Positions 53,589 to 64,000 of a DNA stretch of 64,000 bases are shown in pieces; the stretch's first letter is position 1, and each line of letters starts with the position of its first letter. The notes beneath the pieces are model-generated. The model saw only the letters and a list, made by a program, of their open reading frames with translations, had not been told where the DNA came from and ran no database searches. Position numbers and translations under genes: made by a program. The stretch is from Clostridia bacterium (GTDB lineage Bacteria; Bacillota; Clostridia; Christensenellales; UBA1242), in NCBI GenBank assembly GCA_045534265.1, contig JAZSJH010000005.1, forward strand, positions 86,234 to 150,233. Direction: 5' to 3'.

Positions 53589-55100
53589 ATGGCAAAACAG
53601 CAAATTGTAAAATTATCAAATGGCGCAACATTAGTTTATCAAAAGCAGGGGGCTTTTAACGGCTCTTCATTTGTTATCGGCTTTGTGAGTGGGGCGCAAC
53701 TAGACGGAAAATACGAAGGAATAAGTCACTTGCTTGAGCATTTGCTATTTAGACCAGCAAGTGATGATATGAGACAAAACATTATGGGTAGCATTATGGC
53801 TAATGCAATAGGTCAAAATGCCTTTACTACCGATAGTTATATAGCGGTTACAGCTTCTGCAACCAAAGCCAACTTTGAAAGAGCGGTTGACACTTGTGTT
53901 TCTATGCTAAAGCCAAAAACTTTTACTAAAGATCAAATTAAAAAAGAAGTAGAAGTTATAAAACACGAAATAGCACTTGATGTTCCTGAGCAAGAAAATA
54001 TTGTAGACCTATTTTTAGACAGACTTGCAGGATATGACACATCTATTCCTGTAAGGGACAAAATTCTTGGTACTGCAAGAACCCTAGGTCAAGTAACTCC
54101 AGAGCTTTTGAGTGAATATGTAAGAAGATATTTTAATACAGACAATCTAGTTATTTCTGTGACATCTAATAGTCCACTAAAAGAAATTCAAGATTTGTGT
54201 GAAAGTAAGATTGTAAGTCAATTTTCTCCAGCAGAAAAACCAGAGTATATTATCGAAACACCAGACTTTGAGTTTTATGAAGAAAAGAACCTTTTGATGG
54301 CTGTTCCAACACAAATATCATCAAATGTTGATATTCAAGTATTAGTTAGAACTAGAAATGGTGAAAGCGAAGATGTTGATAGAGAGTTTGCTTATGATGT
54401 TCTTGAGCAATATGTTTGCAATTCTATGGGCGGACTTATGTGGGATGCACTTAGAGTAAAGAAAAGTTTAGTATATAGTTATGCTCAAACAGTAATTGAC
54501 GAAGGCAGTGTAAAATTCAAAAATTTTGCAGCCGAAACCAACGCAAAGAAAATGAACACGACAATCAAAGAACTTTGTGGAATAATTAAGACATTGTCAG
54601 AAGAAGGTGTAGAGCCAGAAGTATTTGATGTAATCAAAAAATCGATTACTGATAGAAACAACGCATCTTTGAATAAATACAAGAGTGCGACAGCTTTTTC
54701 TAACTTTGAAGATTGTATTTTTGGTCACCCATTTGTAGATTACAAAAAAGTTACTGAAATTATCGAAGGTATGACATACGAAGAATTTAATGCTCACTTG
54801 CAAGATCAATACAAGGTAAAAAATGTTTCTTTGCTTGTAACTGGTAACTTTAGAGCGTCAAATGTTCCTAACCTTATCGAAGTAGAAGAAATGGTAGGTA
54901 ACAAAGCACACTCTGATAGCAAAGCTCTTCTTAATGTTCCTAGATTTGAATACACATCATACGTTCCTAAAGAAGTAGTTATAGCTCAAGAACAAGCCGA
55001 AGCTCAAGCAAAAGAAGAAAAAGCCCAAGAAGATGCTGTGATGGAATTTTTAGATAGTTTGCCACCTATGCTAGCCATAGATGACACACACGTTCAATAA
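53589..55100 (+). CDS. M16-family (insulinase-like) peptidase
   Basis: Inverted zinc motif HLLEHLLF (HxxEH). Confidence 0.75.
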   Translation: MAKQQIVKLSNGATLVYQKQGAFNGSSFVIGFVSGAQLDGKYEGISHLLEHLLFRPASDDMRQNIMGSIMANAIGQNAFTTDSYIAVTASATKANFERAVDTCVSMLKPKTFTKDQIKKEVEVIKHEIALDVPEQENIVDLFLDRLAGYDTSIPVRDKILGTARTLGQVTPELLSEYVRRYFNTDNLVISVTSNSPLKEIQDLCESKIVSQFSPAEKPEYIIETPDFEFYEEKNLLMAVPTQISSNVDIQVLVRTRNGESEDVDREFAYDVLEQYVCNSMGGLMWDALRVKKSLVYSYAQTVIDEGSVKFKNFAAETNAKKMNTTIKELCGIIKTLSEEGVEPEVFDVIKKSITDRNNASLNKYKSATAFSNFEDCIFGHPFVDYKKVTEIIEGMTYEEFNAHLQDQYKVKNVSLLVTGNFRASNVPNLIEVEEMVGNKAHSDSKALLNVPRFEYTSYVPKEVVIAQEQAEAQAKEEKAQEDAVMEFLDSLPPMLAIDDTHVQ

Positions 55101-55112
55101 AGGAGAATAATT

Positions 55113-55421
55113 ATGGCAAAGACAACAAAATTATTTGTACCAGACGCTATGCAAATGCAAGGTCAGCTAAATGTTCCTTTAGTAATAACTAAAGTTATAG
55201 AAGATGATGTAGAGCTTTATCGTGGTTTTGTTCCGGGGCTTACAACAGAAGATTGTGTTTCGCCATCACTAGATGCTTGCAAAGAAAGACTAAAACAAGA
55301 TGCTGAAAAAATGATTGATAAATATCTAAAAGAAGGCAAAGAGTTTCCTTTCTTCCCAACAAAAGAAGAAATAATTGAAGACTTTGATGGAGTATGCAAT
55401 ATTAGATTTATCAAAATATAA
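55113..55421 (+). CDS. hypothetical protein (HicB/UPF0150-like fold possible)
   Basis: 102-aa ORF with a GGAG RBS. Weak pattern similarity only. Confidence 0.45.
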   Translation: MAKTTKLFVPDAMQMQGQLNVPLVITKVIEDDVELYRGFVPGLTTEDCVSPSLDACKERLKQDAEKMIDKYLKEGKEFPFFPTKEEIIEDFDGVCNIRFIKI

Positions 55422-55453
55422 AAAAAAGTAGCAAATAAATTGCTACTTTTTTT
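55421..55453 (+). terminator. intrinsic terminator
   Basis: AGTAGCA/TGCTACT stem (55427-55433/55441-55447) followed by T7. Confidence 0.65.
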
Positions 55454-55638
55454 GTTTTGGTTTTGGCATAAAAAAGTTTTTTGAATTACATCTTTTAAGG
55501 CAAAAATTATCATATAATATTAATAACAAAATTTTATTTTTTGATGCAGAAGTTTTTTATAAAAATATCTAAAAAAAGTAAAAAGGTATTTTACAAATAG
55601 TTATATAAAATGATATAATCTTTGTATTGAGGTAAATT

Positions 55639-58032
55639 ATGGCAAGTATTAAGAAAAACAACGTGTTAAAATTCAAAAGACCAGCAAGTTTATGGGGCGC
55701 TATGTGGAGAGAAGGTCTTCCAACCGGTAACGGTCTTATTGGCGCTAGCGTACTAGGCGGAGCCGGTTTTGAAAGTATACTTATCAATCATAACGACCTA
55801 TGGTGGCAAGGACATACCGGTGTTTTGCCAGACATTTCTGATAAGATAAAGACTGTTAAGACAAACATAAATAACGGCAATTACGCTGATGCTGAGAAGA
55901 TTCTTCCAAAGGCTCTTATGGTAAAATCTTACAGACCACAATTATCTTATCCACTTCCACTTTGTGATTTGAAAGTAACTATGCCAATTGAAAAGATGGT
56001 AAAAGAATACTATCGTTCTGTCAATATGGATAATGGCGAAGTTACAGTATCTTTTAAGGACAAAAACACAAGATATGAAAGAAATCTATTTGTATCTAGA
56101 GTAAACGACCTTATTTGTTATCAAATTTCAAAAAGTGGTCAAAAGACTATTGATTGTAATTTTAAGTTTGACCTTCACGATAAGTTCAACAATCGTGGAC
56201 CTGGTGGAATAACTCAAGTTAATGATGATTTTGAGTTTGCTGCAAGCAAAGGTTATATGACGTATTCTGCACGTAGTGATAATGGTACTGACTATGGCGT
56301 TGTGGCAAGAGTAATCAACGTTGGTGGTAGTGTTACTTGCAGCGAAGATGGTATAGAGGTAAAAGGCGCGGACAAAGTTACACTTTTTGCTAAAGTGTAT
56401 ATCGATAGCCAAAAAGATAGAGAAGAAGAAAGTATCAAGAAAGAGCTTTCTATGATAAAGCTAACATATGAAAAGCTTTTGAAAGAACACACTTCTGTTC
56501 ATAGCAAACTTATGAATATTGGAAGTTTGAGCTTGAATGCAAAACAAGAAACTTATGTTGACGAACTAATCGACAAAACAGTAAATGGCGAACTTCCTAC
56601 AGCACTTCTTGAAAGATTGTATGCTTATGGTAAGTATTTGTTTGTATCTTCTTGTAGAGAAAATGGAGCTCCTTGCAATCCTTATGGTATCTTTAATGGT
56701 GATTATAAGGCTTGCGATAGTACTCGTAACAACTTTTTCCAAACACAAAGACTTTATAACTTTGCTTTCAATGGCGGTATGTCAAATTTAGTTTTGCCAC
56801 TTCTTCAAAGATATTATCACAATATGGACGATTACAAGAAGAATGCAACTAGATTATACAATTGCAAAGGTATTTATGTTCCTGCTCTAGAATCTCCAGG
56901 TTCAGGGCTTTTGGGTTCTGTAGAGCCAGGTGTAATTCTTAACTTTAACGTTGCTGCGTTTGCAACTGAGATGTTCTATCAATATTATATCCACACAGAT
57001 GATAGCAAGTTCATGCAAGATTATGGTATGGAATTTATTACCCAAACAGCAGAGTTTTATGAAGACTTGTTGAAAGTTAACAAAACAACTAAGACTTTGG
57101 AATCTCCAATTGGTTATTCTCCATACAACACTCCACAAAACTATGCGAAAAAGAGCAAAGAGCCACTATGTATTGCATCTAACTGTACTGTTGACTTTGT
57201 TTGTGCAAAACAAGTATTTAGTATATTGATAGAACTTGGCAAAGCATTTGGTTTAGAAGATAGCGAAATCGAAAGATGGCAAGACCTTCTTTCAAAAATC
57301 CCAGATATCTCTGTAGATGAAGAAGGCTTAATCAAAGAGTATTTGTCTTCTGTATTTATTACAAATAACAAAACTCCATACATTCCACACTTGTTCCCAT
57401 ACAGCATTGGTTTTACATCTGCTGGTGCTACAAGAGAGTATGAAAAACTTGTTGCAAGCACTGCAAAAGCAAGATTTGCAAGATCAAGAGATTTGTTTAC
57501 ATCAGGCAACTTAATTAATATAGCTGCGGCTCTAGCTACTGCTGGTGATAGCAATAGTGCATACGAAGTTTTGGAGATTTTGACTCAAAACTTTATGACA
57601 AACAACCTTGTATTTACAAACTCAGATTATAGAGGAATGGGCGTTGGTAGCAATGACAAATGGCCAACATATTCAATAGATAAAAACACTGGACTTGTAC
57701 ACGTAATTCAAAATATGTTTGTAAATTATGAAAAGGGTAGAATTATCCTATTCAAAAATCTTCCTTTGTCATTTACAAAGGGTTCTATTACTGGTTTGAC
57801 TCTTCCAAACGGAATCAAACTTGACCTTGACTTTAATAGAGCAAAAGGTCTTTTGAAATTCAAAATCAAAACTCAAAAAGCCCAAAGTCTAAAGGTAGAA
57901 CTTCCAGAAGGATTTACAAAGGTAAAAGGCGTTCCTGTAGAGCAAGTTGATGTTGAAAACTTAGCCTTCACGCTAAACACCCAAGGCGGAAAAACTCAAC
58001 AACTAGTTATTAGATGGACAAACAAAATATAA
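55639..58032 (+). CDS. large glycoside hydrolase, GH95-like N-terminal domain
   Basis: N-terminal WREGLPTGNGLIGASVLGG resembles the GH95 N-domain. 797 aa. Family not confirmed. Confidence 0.5.
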   Translation: MASIKKNNVLKFKRPASLWGAMWREGLPTGNGLIGASVLGGAGFESILINHNDLWWQGHTGVLPDISDKIKTVKTNINNGNYADAEKILPKALMVKSYRPQLSYPLPLCDLKVTMPIEKMVKEYYRSVNMDNGEVTVSFKDKNTRYERNLFVSRVNDLICYQISKSGQKTIDCNFKFDLHDKFNNRGPGGITQVNDDFEFAASKGYMTYSARSDNGTDYGVVARVINVGGSVTCSEDGIEVKGADKVTLFAKVYIDSQKDREEESIKKELSMIKLTYEKLLKEHTSVHSKLMNIGSLSLNAKQETYVDELIDKTVNGELPTALLERLYAYGKYLFVSSCRENGAPCNPYGIFNGDYKACDSTRNNFFQTQRLYNFAFNGGMSNLVLPLLQRYYHNMDDYKKNATRLYNCKGIYVPALESPGSGLLGSVEPGVILNFNVAAFATEMFYQYYIHTDDSKFMQDYGMEFITQTAEFYEDLLKVNKTTKTLESPIGYSPYNTPQNYAKKSKEPLCIASNCTVDFVCAKQVFSILIELGKAFGLEDSEIERWQDLLSKIPDISVDEEGLIKEYLSSVFITNNKTPYIPHLFPYSIGFTSAGATREYEKLVASTAKARFARSRDLFTSGNLINIAAALATAGDSNSAYEVLEILTQNFMTNNLVFTNSDYRGMGVGSNDKWPTYSIDKNTGLVHVIQNMFVNYEKGRIILFKNLPLSFTKGSITGLTLPNGIKLDLDFNRAKGLLKFKIKTQKAQSLKVELPEGFTKVKGVPVEQVDVENLAFTLNTQGGKTQQLVIRWTNKI

Positions 58033-58033
58033 C

Positions 58034-58069
58034 AAAAAAAGCATTAGGTATATTGCCTAATGTTTTTTT
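58034..58069. terminator. bidirectional terminator
   Basis: CATTAGG/CCTAATG stem (58042-58048/58056-58062) flanked by A7 and T7. Confidence 0.6.
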
Positions 58070-59141
58070 ATTGGCTAAACTTTGCTATATAGACATCTCC
58101 GCCGCCATATGTTTCAAGATTTTGATGCAGATTAAAGATAATCATATCATCTAAAACATAGTACTTTTCGCTGTAAATATTGTCATTAATTGAATAATTT
58201 CGGTTGTTTATTGTTATAAAAACATAACTTTCATTTGTGTAGATATTGTATTTGACGCTTATATATCTTTTATCTGAAAAAGTCTCTCTTGATATAATGT
58301 CTCCGTGATTGCAAATAAAATATTTATATGTTTTGTCCGCCGTTAAATATATGTTGAGCCCATTGTCTTCAAAGTCAAAATCTGCATATTCTGCCTGAAT
58401 ATCGAAAATTGACGTGTAAGTTATCTCAAAGTTTTTTATGCAGGTTACGATTGTTTCGCCATCTTGAGTGGTTGCAAATACAAGTGTGTCATCTATTGCT
58501 GTTGCTGAAACAAAATTGCTTGTTTCAAAAATTAACTGCCTGTCAAAATTTGTTATATATAACTCATTTTCGCTTTGGAATAAAAAGTAACTTTCGTATT
58601 TGCAGGCAAAATCGTGATTTGAAAAAATCATAAAGCCATAGTCAAAATTTTCTATACCAAAATCGCCACTGCAGAATAAATACAATTTGTTTGAGATGAT
58701 TTGAAGATTTTTTAATGCGGGCAGAGTAAGTGTATTTATTACATTTAAGTTTTTATTTAATACAAAAAAGTTTTCCCTATCAATAAGATATATTTCTTCG
58801 TTGTATACAGCTCCACTTATACATACGTTATCAAGTAGCTTTATATCTTTTATTTTGTATAAGTCTTTATCAAAATGCGACACAAAAGTTCCGCTACTAT
58901 TTGAATAAATAATATATGTGTATTTTCCTTGATAGGCGCAGAGAAGAAGGTCACTTTCTGCAGTTCCGCAATGATTGTATGTTTCAAAGCTATACTCTGG
59001 TGGGGCACTTTTTGGGGCGTAAATTTCACTTGGTGGAGAAACTGCACTAGAATTAATTGTAGGTGGGGCTTTTGTCGCAAAGGATATAAGCAAAGCAATA
59101 AAACCGCTAATAAAAAATACTTTCAACTTATTTGTTTTCAT
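58068..59141 (-). CDS. hypothetical membrane-anchored protein
   Basis: The ATG at 59141 follows AGGAG. N-terminal TM helix, no recognised domain. Confidence 0.55.
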   Translation of the reverse strand: MKTNKLKVFFISGFIALLISFATKAPPTINSSAVSPPSEIYAPKSAPPEYSFETYNHCGTAESDLLLCAYQGKYTYIIYSNSSGTFVSHFDKDLYKIKDIKLLDNVCISGAVYNEEIYLIDRENFFVLNKNLNVINTLTLPALKNLQIISNKLYLFCSGDFGIENFDYGFMIFSNHDFACKYESYFLFQSENELYITNFDRQLIFETSNFVSATAIDDTLVFATTQDGETIVTCIKNFEITYTSIFDIQAEYADFDFEDNGLNIYLTADKTYKYFICNHGDIISRETFSDKRYISVKYNIYTNESYVFITINNRNYSINDNIYSEKYYVLDDMIIFNLHQNLETYGGGDVYIAKFSQ

Positions 59142-59222
59142 AATCGGTACTCCTGACAAAAGAGTAACATAAATTATTCGCAAATAATGTCGAAAGCATT
59201 TTATGTTATTAAATTACATTAA

Positions 59223-60275
59223 TTAAGATTTTTTTACAAGTTTGTATATTTGATTAAGTATATTTTGGCTGCCGTTGCTTGTTTTTATTTTTGCCATATT
59301 ATTTATAAGTGCCGGAGCGTCTTTTTCTAGTTTTTCTATTTCGGCAAGTAGTCTTTTTGGTGTCAAATCTTCTTGCATCAGCATATTCATAAGGTTTTTA
59401 TCACAAAATTCTTTTGCATTGTCTACTTGGTCTCCACGAGAAGCGCCTTTTGGCAGTGGTATCAAAAGAGTGGGTTTTTGCAAATATAAAAACTCAAATA
59501 TAGCATTTGAACCCGCCCTTGATACTATAAAATCTGTTATGGCAAAGATATCTTCTATATTTTGTACGTATTCTAGCTGATAGTAATTTTTTGCAGCAAT
59601 ATTTATTTTTTTACCTTTGCCAACAATGTGTATTACATTATATTTTTGTGTTAGCTGGTCTATTGTTTTTGCTACGCAGTCATTTATTGCTTTAGCTCCG
59701 GTAGATCCACCCATAAATAGTATGGTTTTTCTGTCTGGAGTTAGGTTTGTTAGCTTGTAGCCAGCGGACTTATTTCCGTATTTTATATTTTCTCTAATAG
59801 GGCTTCCGGTTACTACAGCTTTTTTAAGATTTTTGGCAGTGCTTTCAAAACTTGTACAGAATATGTTGCTGTATTTATATATGATTTTGTTTGCAAGGCC
59901 TATGCTTTGGTCAGATTCGTGACTGATGATTTTCGTCTTACATCTTTTGCCTGCGATAACAACAGGTAGAGAGACATATCCACCTTTTGAAAAAATAATG
60001 TCTGGCTTTATTTTTTTGATAAGTTTTTTGCAAGCTTTGATAGAAGAAAATAGCTTAAATGGAATAGAGAAGTTTTTCAGTAAATTACTTCGGTCAAATT
60101 TTACTGCCTTTATGGTGTGATAAGTTATGGGCTTATCTTTCATTATTTCTTTTTCTATGCCGTCAGTACCAATATAATGTACGTCAAAATCTTCTAATAG
60201 TTTAGGCAAAATGCTAAGGTGTGGTATAACGTGACCACCAGTTCCGCCGCCTGTTAATATGATAGTTTTTTTCAT
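59223..60275 (-). CDS. murG: undecaprenyl-PP-MurNAc-pentapeptide GlcNAc transferase
   Basis: GGGTGGHVIP N-terminal loop. GT28 length. Confidence 0.9.
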   Translation of the reverse strand: MKKTIILTGGGTGGHVIPHLSILPKLLEDFDVHYIGTDGIEKEIMKDKPITYHTIKAVKFDRSNLLKNFSIPFKLFSSIKACKKLIKKIKPDIIFSKGGYVSLPVVIAGKRCKTKIISHESDQSIGLANKIIYKYSNIFCTSFESTAKNLKKAVVTGSPIRENIKYGNKSAGYKLTNLTPDRKTILFMGGSTGAKAINDCVAKTIDQLTQKYNVIHIVGKGKKINIAAKNYYQLEYVQNIEDIFAITDFIVSRAGSNAIFEFLYLQKPTLLIPLPKGASRGDQVDNAKEFCDKNLMNMLMQEDLTPKRLLAEIEKLEKDAPALINNMAKIKTSNGSQNILNQIYKLVKKS

Positions 60276-60599
60276 AGTTTATTTATATGTTTTTTAGGAA
60301 AAATATATACAACCAACGCTCAAAAAACTCTAAAAATTTTAGTTATAAATATGCAAATAACTAAATAAATATACATATATTTGTATATTTATGCAATAAA
60401 ATTAATTAGAGCGTGTTACAGCTATAAAAAAGTTAATTTTTATGCAAAAAGTGTTAGGAAAATAAAGGATTATGTGATATAATCAAAGTGTAAAAAATAG
60501 TTAAATTTGCTATTGTATAAATAAGGTATGATAAGAATTTTGACATATTTTGTTGTATTTTTATACAAAGCAAGATTTTGTAATAATAGGGGGCAGCAA

Positions 60600-62561
60600 A
60601 TGGAATCATATGGCTCAAAGGATATAGTTGTTCTAGAAGGATTAGATGCAGTAAGACTAAGACCAGGTATGTATATTGGTAGTACCGGAAGTCGTGGTGT
60701 GCATCATATCTTATGGGAAATTGTTGACAACAGTATGGACGAAATAGCCAACGGTCATGGTAACAAAATTATCGTAACTCTTTATGCAGATGGTAGTGTC
60801 AGTGTAGAAGATGACGGTCGTGGTATTCCGGTTGATATGCATCCAACTTTGAAAAAATCTGGTGCAGAAGTTATCTTTACGCAACTTCACGCTGGTGGTA
60901 AATTCAACAATTCAAACTATAGCTATTCTGGCGGACTTCATGGTGTAGGTGCTGCGGTAACTAACGCTTTGAGCAAGTGGCTAAAAGCTATAATCTATAA
61001 GCAAGGCAAAGCGTATGAAATAGAGTTTGCTTCTGTTCCTGACAAAAATGGAAACATCAAGGGTGGTGTAACTCAAAAACCTTTGACTCAAATAGGTACT
61101 TGTGCAAAGGACAAAACAGGAACATTTATTAGATTTTTGCCTGATACTGAGATATTCCAATCACATACTTTTTCTAGTGATATTATCAAAAAGCGTCTTC
61201 GTGAACTAGCTTTTCTTAACAAAGGTATTCAAATTGACTTTATTGATGAGCAAGAAAAAACAAGTGTTACTTTCAAATATGATGGCGGTTTGAAAGACTT
61301 TATTGGTTATCTTAACGAAACTAAAAATGTTATTCATGATGAGCCTATTTATATCGAAGGTGAAAACACCGAAAGCGAAGATTGTCTAAAGCTTGCTCTT
61401 GCTATTCAATATACAGATGGCTATATCGAAAGTATGTTTTCATTTGTAAATAATATTTCAACTACCGAAGGTGGTACTCACGAAATCGGTCTAAAGACTG
61501 CTTTGACTAGGGTTTTGAATGATATTGCAAAGAAACACGGATATATCAAAGACAAAGAGCCACATCTTATGGGCGAGGACTTTAGAGAGGGCATAACCTG
61601 TCTTCTTGCTATCAAAATGAGAAATACTCAGTTTGAAGGTCAAACAAAAACAAAACTTGGTAACCCAGAAGCGAAATCTTTGGTTGAAAATATTGTAGCT
61701 ACTGAGCTTTACAAATATTTTGAGAAAAAAGAACACGTAAAAGTACTAGAACTAATTATAAACAAAGCAAAATCTGCTGCTCGTACTAGACTTGCGGCAA
61801 AGAAAGCAAAAGAGATTTCTAGACAAAAAAATAGCATAGAAAACTCAAGTTTGATAGGTAAACTTGCTGTATGTTCTGGTAGAAAACCAGAAAATAACGA
61901 AATCTTTATCGTAGAGGGTGACTCTGCGGGTGGTAGCGCAAAACAAGCCAGAGACAGAAGTTTCCAAGCAATTTTGTCACTTCGCGGAAAACCACTAAAC
62001 GCCGAAAAGAAACGTCTTGACCAAGTTTTGGCTAACGAAGAAATAAAATTAATTATTGGCGCTTTGGGAACTAGCATTGGAGAAGACTTTGATCTTGACA
62101 ACCTAAAATATCACAAAGTAATTATTTTATCTGATGCTGACCAAGACGGCGCACATATTAGAGCAATATTACTTACATTCTTCTTTAGATATATGAAAGA
62201 ACTTCTTTATAATGGTAATGTATATATTGGGCTTCCACCACTATACAAAATTAGCAAAAAAGATGTTGTAGAATATGTTTATTCTGATAAAGAACTTCCA
62301 GAAGCTATCAAAAGAATTGGTAAGGGCTATAGCATTCAAAGATACAAAGGTCTTGGTGAGATGAATCCAGACCAACTATGGGAAACAACAATGGACCCAG
62401 CAAAAAGATCTTTACTTCAAGTTGGGGTAGAAGATGCTGCCAATGCAGAAAGAATGATAACAACACTTATGGGTGACAATATTGACGCTCGTAAAGAATA
62501 TCTAAACGAATATGTAAACTTTAACAAAGAAGAAAGTAACTTTGAAAAGTTAAATGGATAA
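60600..62561 (+). CDS. parE: type IIA topoisomerase subunit B (ParE-like)
   Basis: GHKL ATPase (LEGLDAVRLRPGMYIGS, EIVDNSMDE), Toprim (EGDSAGGSAKQ), GKGYSIQRYKGLGEM. Several blocks match my recollection of ParE better than GyrB. ATG at 60600. Confidence 0.8.
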   Translation: MESYGSKDIVVLEGLDAVRLRPGMYIGSTGSRGVHHILWEIVDNSMDEIANGHGNKIIVTLYADGSVSVEDDGRGIPVDMHPTLKKSGAEVIFTQLHAGGKFNNSNYSYSGGLHGVGAAVTNALSKWLKAIIYKQGKAYEIEFASVPDKNGNIKGGVTQKPLTQIGTCAKDKTGTFIRFLPDTEIFQSHTFSSDIIKKRLRELAFLNKGIQIDFIDEQEKTSVTFKYDGGLKDFIGYLNETKNVIHDEPIYIEGENTESEDCLKLALAIQYTDGYIESMFSFVNNISTTEGGTHEIGLKTALTRVLNDIAKKHGYIKDKEPHLMGEDFREGITCLLAIKMRNTQFEGQTKTKLGNPEAKSLVENIVATELYKYFEKKEHVKVLELIINKAKSAARTRLAAKKAKEISRQKNSIENSSLIGKLAVCSGRKPENNEIFIVEGDSAGGSAKQARDRSFQAILSLRGKPLNAEKKRLDQVLANEEIKLIIGALGTSIGEDFDLDNLKYHKVIILSDADQDGAHIRAILLTFFFRYMKELLYNGNVYIGLPPLYKISKKDVVEYVYSDKELPEAIKRIGKGYSIQRYKGLGEMNPDQLWETTMDPAKRSLLQVGVEDAANAERMITTLMGDNIDARKEYLNEYVNFNKEESNFEKLNG

Positions 62562-62595
62562 TATTTATTTGTAAAAATTTATAAAAGGAGAAGAA

Positions 62596-64000
62596 ATGGA
62601 CGATCAAGAAAAAGAGCCTATAGAAAGTAATGAGCCGATAGATGGTCAAATAGGTCTTGAAGATTTGTACTACGAAATGTCGCAGAAAGAAAATCAGCCA
62701 GAAATAGTATCGTCAGAGCCGCTTGATGGTCAAGTGACTTTTGATGATTTAACTCAGTCTATTTCTTCTGCTCAAGATAAACAAATAGAAAAAACAGAAG
62801 ATATACAAGAAAATATCTTGCAAGAAGATTTTGAAACCTTGCAAAACGAAAGCCAAGAAACAACTCATGAACAATCTCAAGAAAATTCGACTCTACAAGA
62901 TGATATTGTAGAGCAAGAAGATGAACAATTGTTAAACAATACTGCAATAGACAATTTTGAGATTTTACAAGACTCTACTGTGGGTAGAGAAAAAAATATT
63001 GAAAAGCTTGAAGATGATAAGTCTTATCTTACAGAGCAAACAATTGATGAAAATCAAGTCGAAATGCCGATTGAAGAAATCGCTGAACAACTTGACGAAA
63101 GCGGTGGAGACTCTGCAGAAGTGGATGAAGATTTAGAACCGCAAGAAACTAGTAGTGAAGAAGAATCTGTCGAAAACCAACAAGTTGAGATGGTTGGGGA
63201 TATAGAGTTATCTTCACTTGGAAATATTTTCAAACAAGATGTAAAAATAGAAAAACCAAAAACGCCAAGAAAAACAAGTTTCAAACAACAATTTTTGAGT
63301 GAGAAACAAGATGGCGATTATAAAGAAAAAATAGAAGAGATATTAGATACAGAAAAAGCAATTGCTGATGAAAAGGCATTTGAGAAAATGAAAGAAGAAA
63401 AGAAAAAAGGAGAAAAAGCCGTGGAAGCAGATTTCTTTGACGATAAAATCGAACAACCCGATAATAAATCACAAGATAATAATGGCTCAGGTAATGGAAA
63501 CGGAACAACAGGTTTGTTTTATAAAAACCTTGATGAAGTTTTGCACGAATCAATGATTCCTTATTCTGAACATGTTATTATGGATAGAGCTTTACCAAGG
63601 GTAGAAGATGGTCTAAAGCCTGTTCAAAGAAGAATACTTTATTCTATGTTAGACCTTGGTATTACACCAGACAAGCCATATAGAAAATCTGCACGTATTG
63701 TCGGTGATTGCTTAGGTAAATATCACCCACACGGTGACTCTTCTGTTTATGATGCAATGGTTCGTATGGCACAACCGTTTAATATGAACGAACTTTTGGT
63801 TAATGGTCACGGTAACTTTGGTAGCATTGACGGCGACAAAGCTGCTGCAATGAGATATACAGAGGCAAGACTTGCTCCTCTTGCTATGGAACTTTTGAAA
63901 GATCTAGAAAAAGACACTGTTAAGTGGTCTCTAAACTTTGATGATACTATCAAAGAACCTGACACACTTCCTGGAAGATTCCCTAATCTTCTTGTAAACG
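62596..64000 (+). CDS. parC: type IIA topoisomerase subunit A (ParC/GyrA) with ~320-aa acidic N-terminal extension, 3' end outside window
   Basis: Not in the ORF track because it runs off the window. AAGGAG RBS then ATG at 62596. I translated 62596-63600 codon by codon and found no stop. Conserved core starts near 63540 ([48 protein letters not shown]). Confidence 0.8.
   Translation, partial: MDDQEKEPIESNEPIDGQIGLEDLYYEMSQKENQPEIVSSEPLDGQVTFDDLTQSISSAQDKQIEKTEDIQENILQEDFETLQNESQETTHEQSQENSTLQDDIVEQEDEQLLNNTAIDNFEILQDSTVGREKNIEKLEDDKSYLTEQTIDENQVEMPIEEIAEQLDESGGDSAEVDEDLEPQETSSEEESVENQQVEMVGDIELSSLGNIFKQDVKIEKPKTPRKTSFKQQFLSEKQDGDYKEKIEEILDTEKAIADEKAFEKMKEEKKKGEKAVEADFFDDKIEQPDNKSQDNNGSGNGNGTTGLFYKNLDEVLHESMIPYSEHVIMDRALPRVEDGLKPVQRRILYSMLDLGITPDKPYRKSARIVGDCLGKYHPHGDSSVYDAMVRMAQPFNMNELLVNGHGNFGSIDGDKAAAMRYTEARLAPLAMELLKDLEKDTVKWSLNFDDTIKEPDTLPGRFPNLLVN

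Noticed and set aside
62759-63553. Minus-strand ORFs 62759..62947, 63054..63284 and 63281..63553.
   Set aside because: They mirror the Glu/Asp/Lys-rich plus-strand coding frame of the ParC extension (GAA/GAT-rich sense gives TTC/ATC-rich antisense with few stops).
1-64000. CRISPR arrays, IS elements, integrases, prophage or conjugative modules, and rRNA.
   Set aside because: None recognised. There are no spaced direct-repeat arrays, and no transposase, recombinase or phage structural genes among the ORFs.

Overview
AT-rich (by eye about one-third GC) chromosomal segment with Firmicutes/Clostridia-like gene content. About 60 protein genes and one tRNA-Leu(CAA). I saw no rRNA, CRISPR array, transposase, integrase or prophage block. 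Most genes are housekeeping: holA (5' partial), rpsT, murI, polA, lysS, dinB, ctsR-clpC, hpf, nth, obg, yhbY, rsfS, tsaE/tsaB/rimI, murF-ddl, murG, and parE-parC (3' partial). Accessory genes include a csoR/P1B-ATPase metal operon, a GntR-ABC operon, peptidases (M28, S8, M16) and a GH95-like hydrolase. The main candidate for a new system is at 15.4-16.9 kb on the minus strand. It is a stand-alone 407-aa reverse transcriptase, transcriptionally insulated on both sides. It is preceded by its own near-consensus promoter and a ~150-nt leader closed by a perfect 10-bp long-range helix. The 113-nt enclosed loop has pseudoknot-type pairings and is stop-free in three of six frames. This is the layout of an RT+ncRNA (retron / DRT2-like) module, but I cannot classify the RT by eye. 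The second signal is a pair of paralogous zinc-ribbon membrane proteins (13.4 kb and 29.7 kb). They share a ~100-bp upstream region in which a G10 or G11 tract sits inside the promoter spacer (18 vs 20 bp), the layout of slipped-strand phase variation. Other items: ParC with a ~320-aa acidic N-terminal extension; MATE-HAD and PAP2-TsaE fusions; MurF with an N-terminal membrane domain; Lys/Ala-rich tails on S20 and RsfS; an SPT-like alpha-oxoamine synthase; and a promoter/16-codon Lys-rich ORF/terminator mini-unit upstream of lysS. All calls rest on reading the sequence and recalled family motifs. No database search was run.
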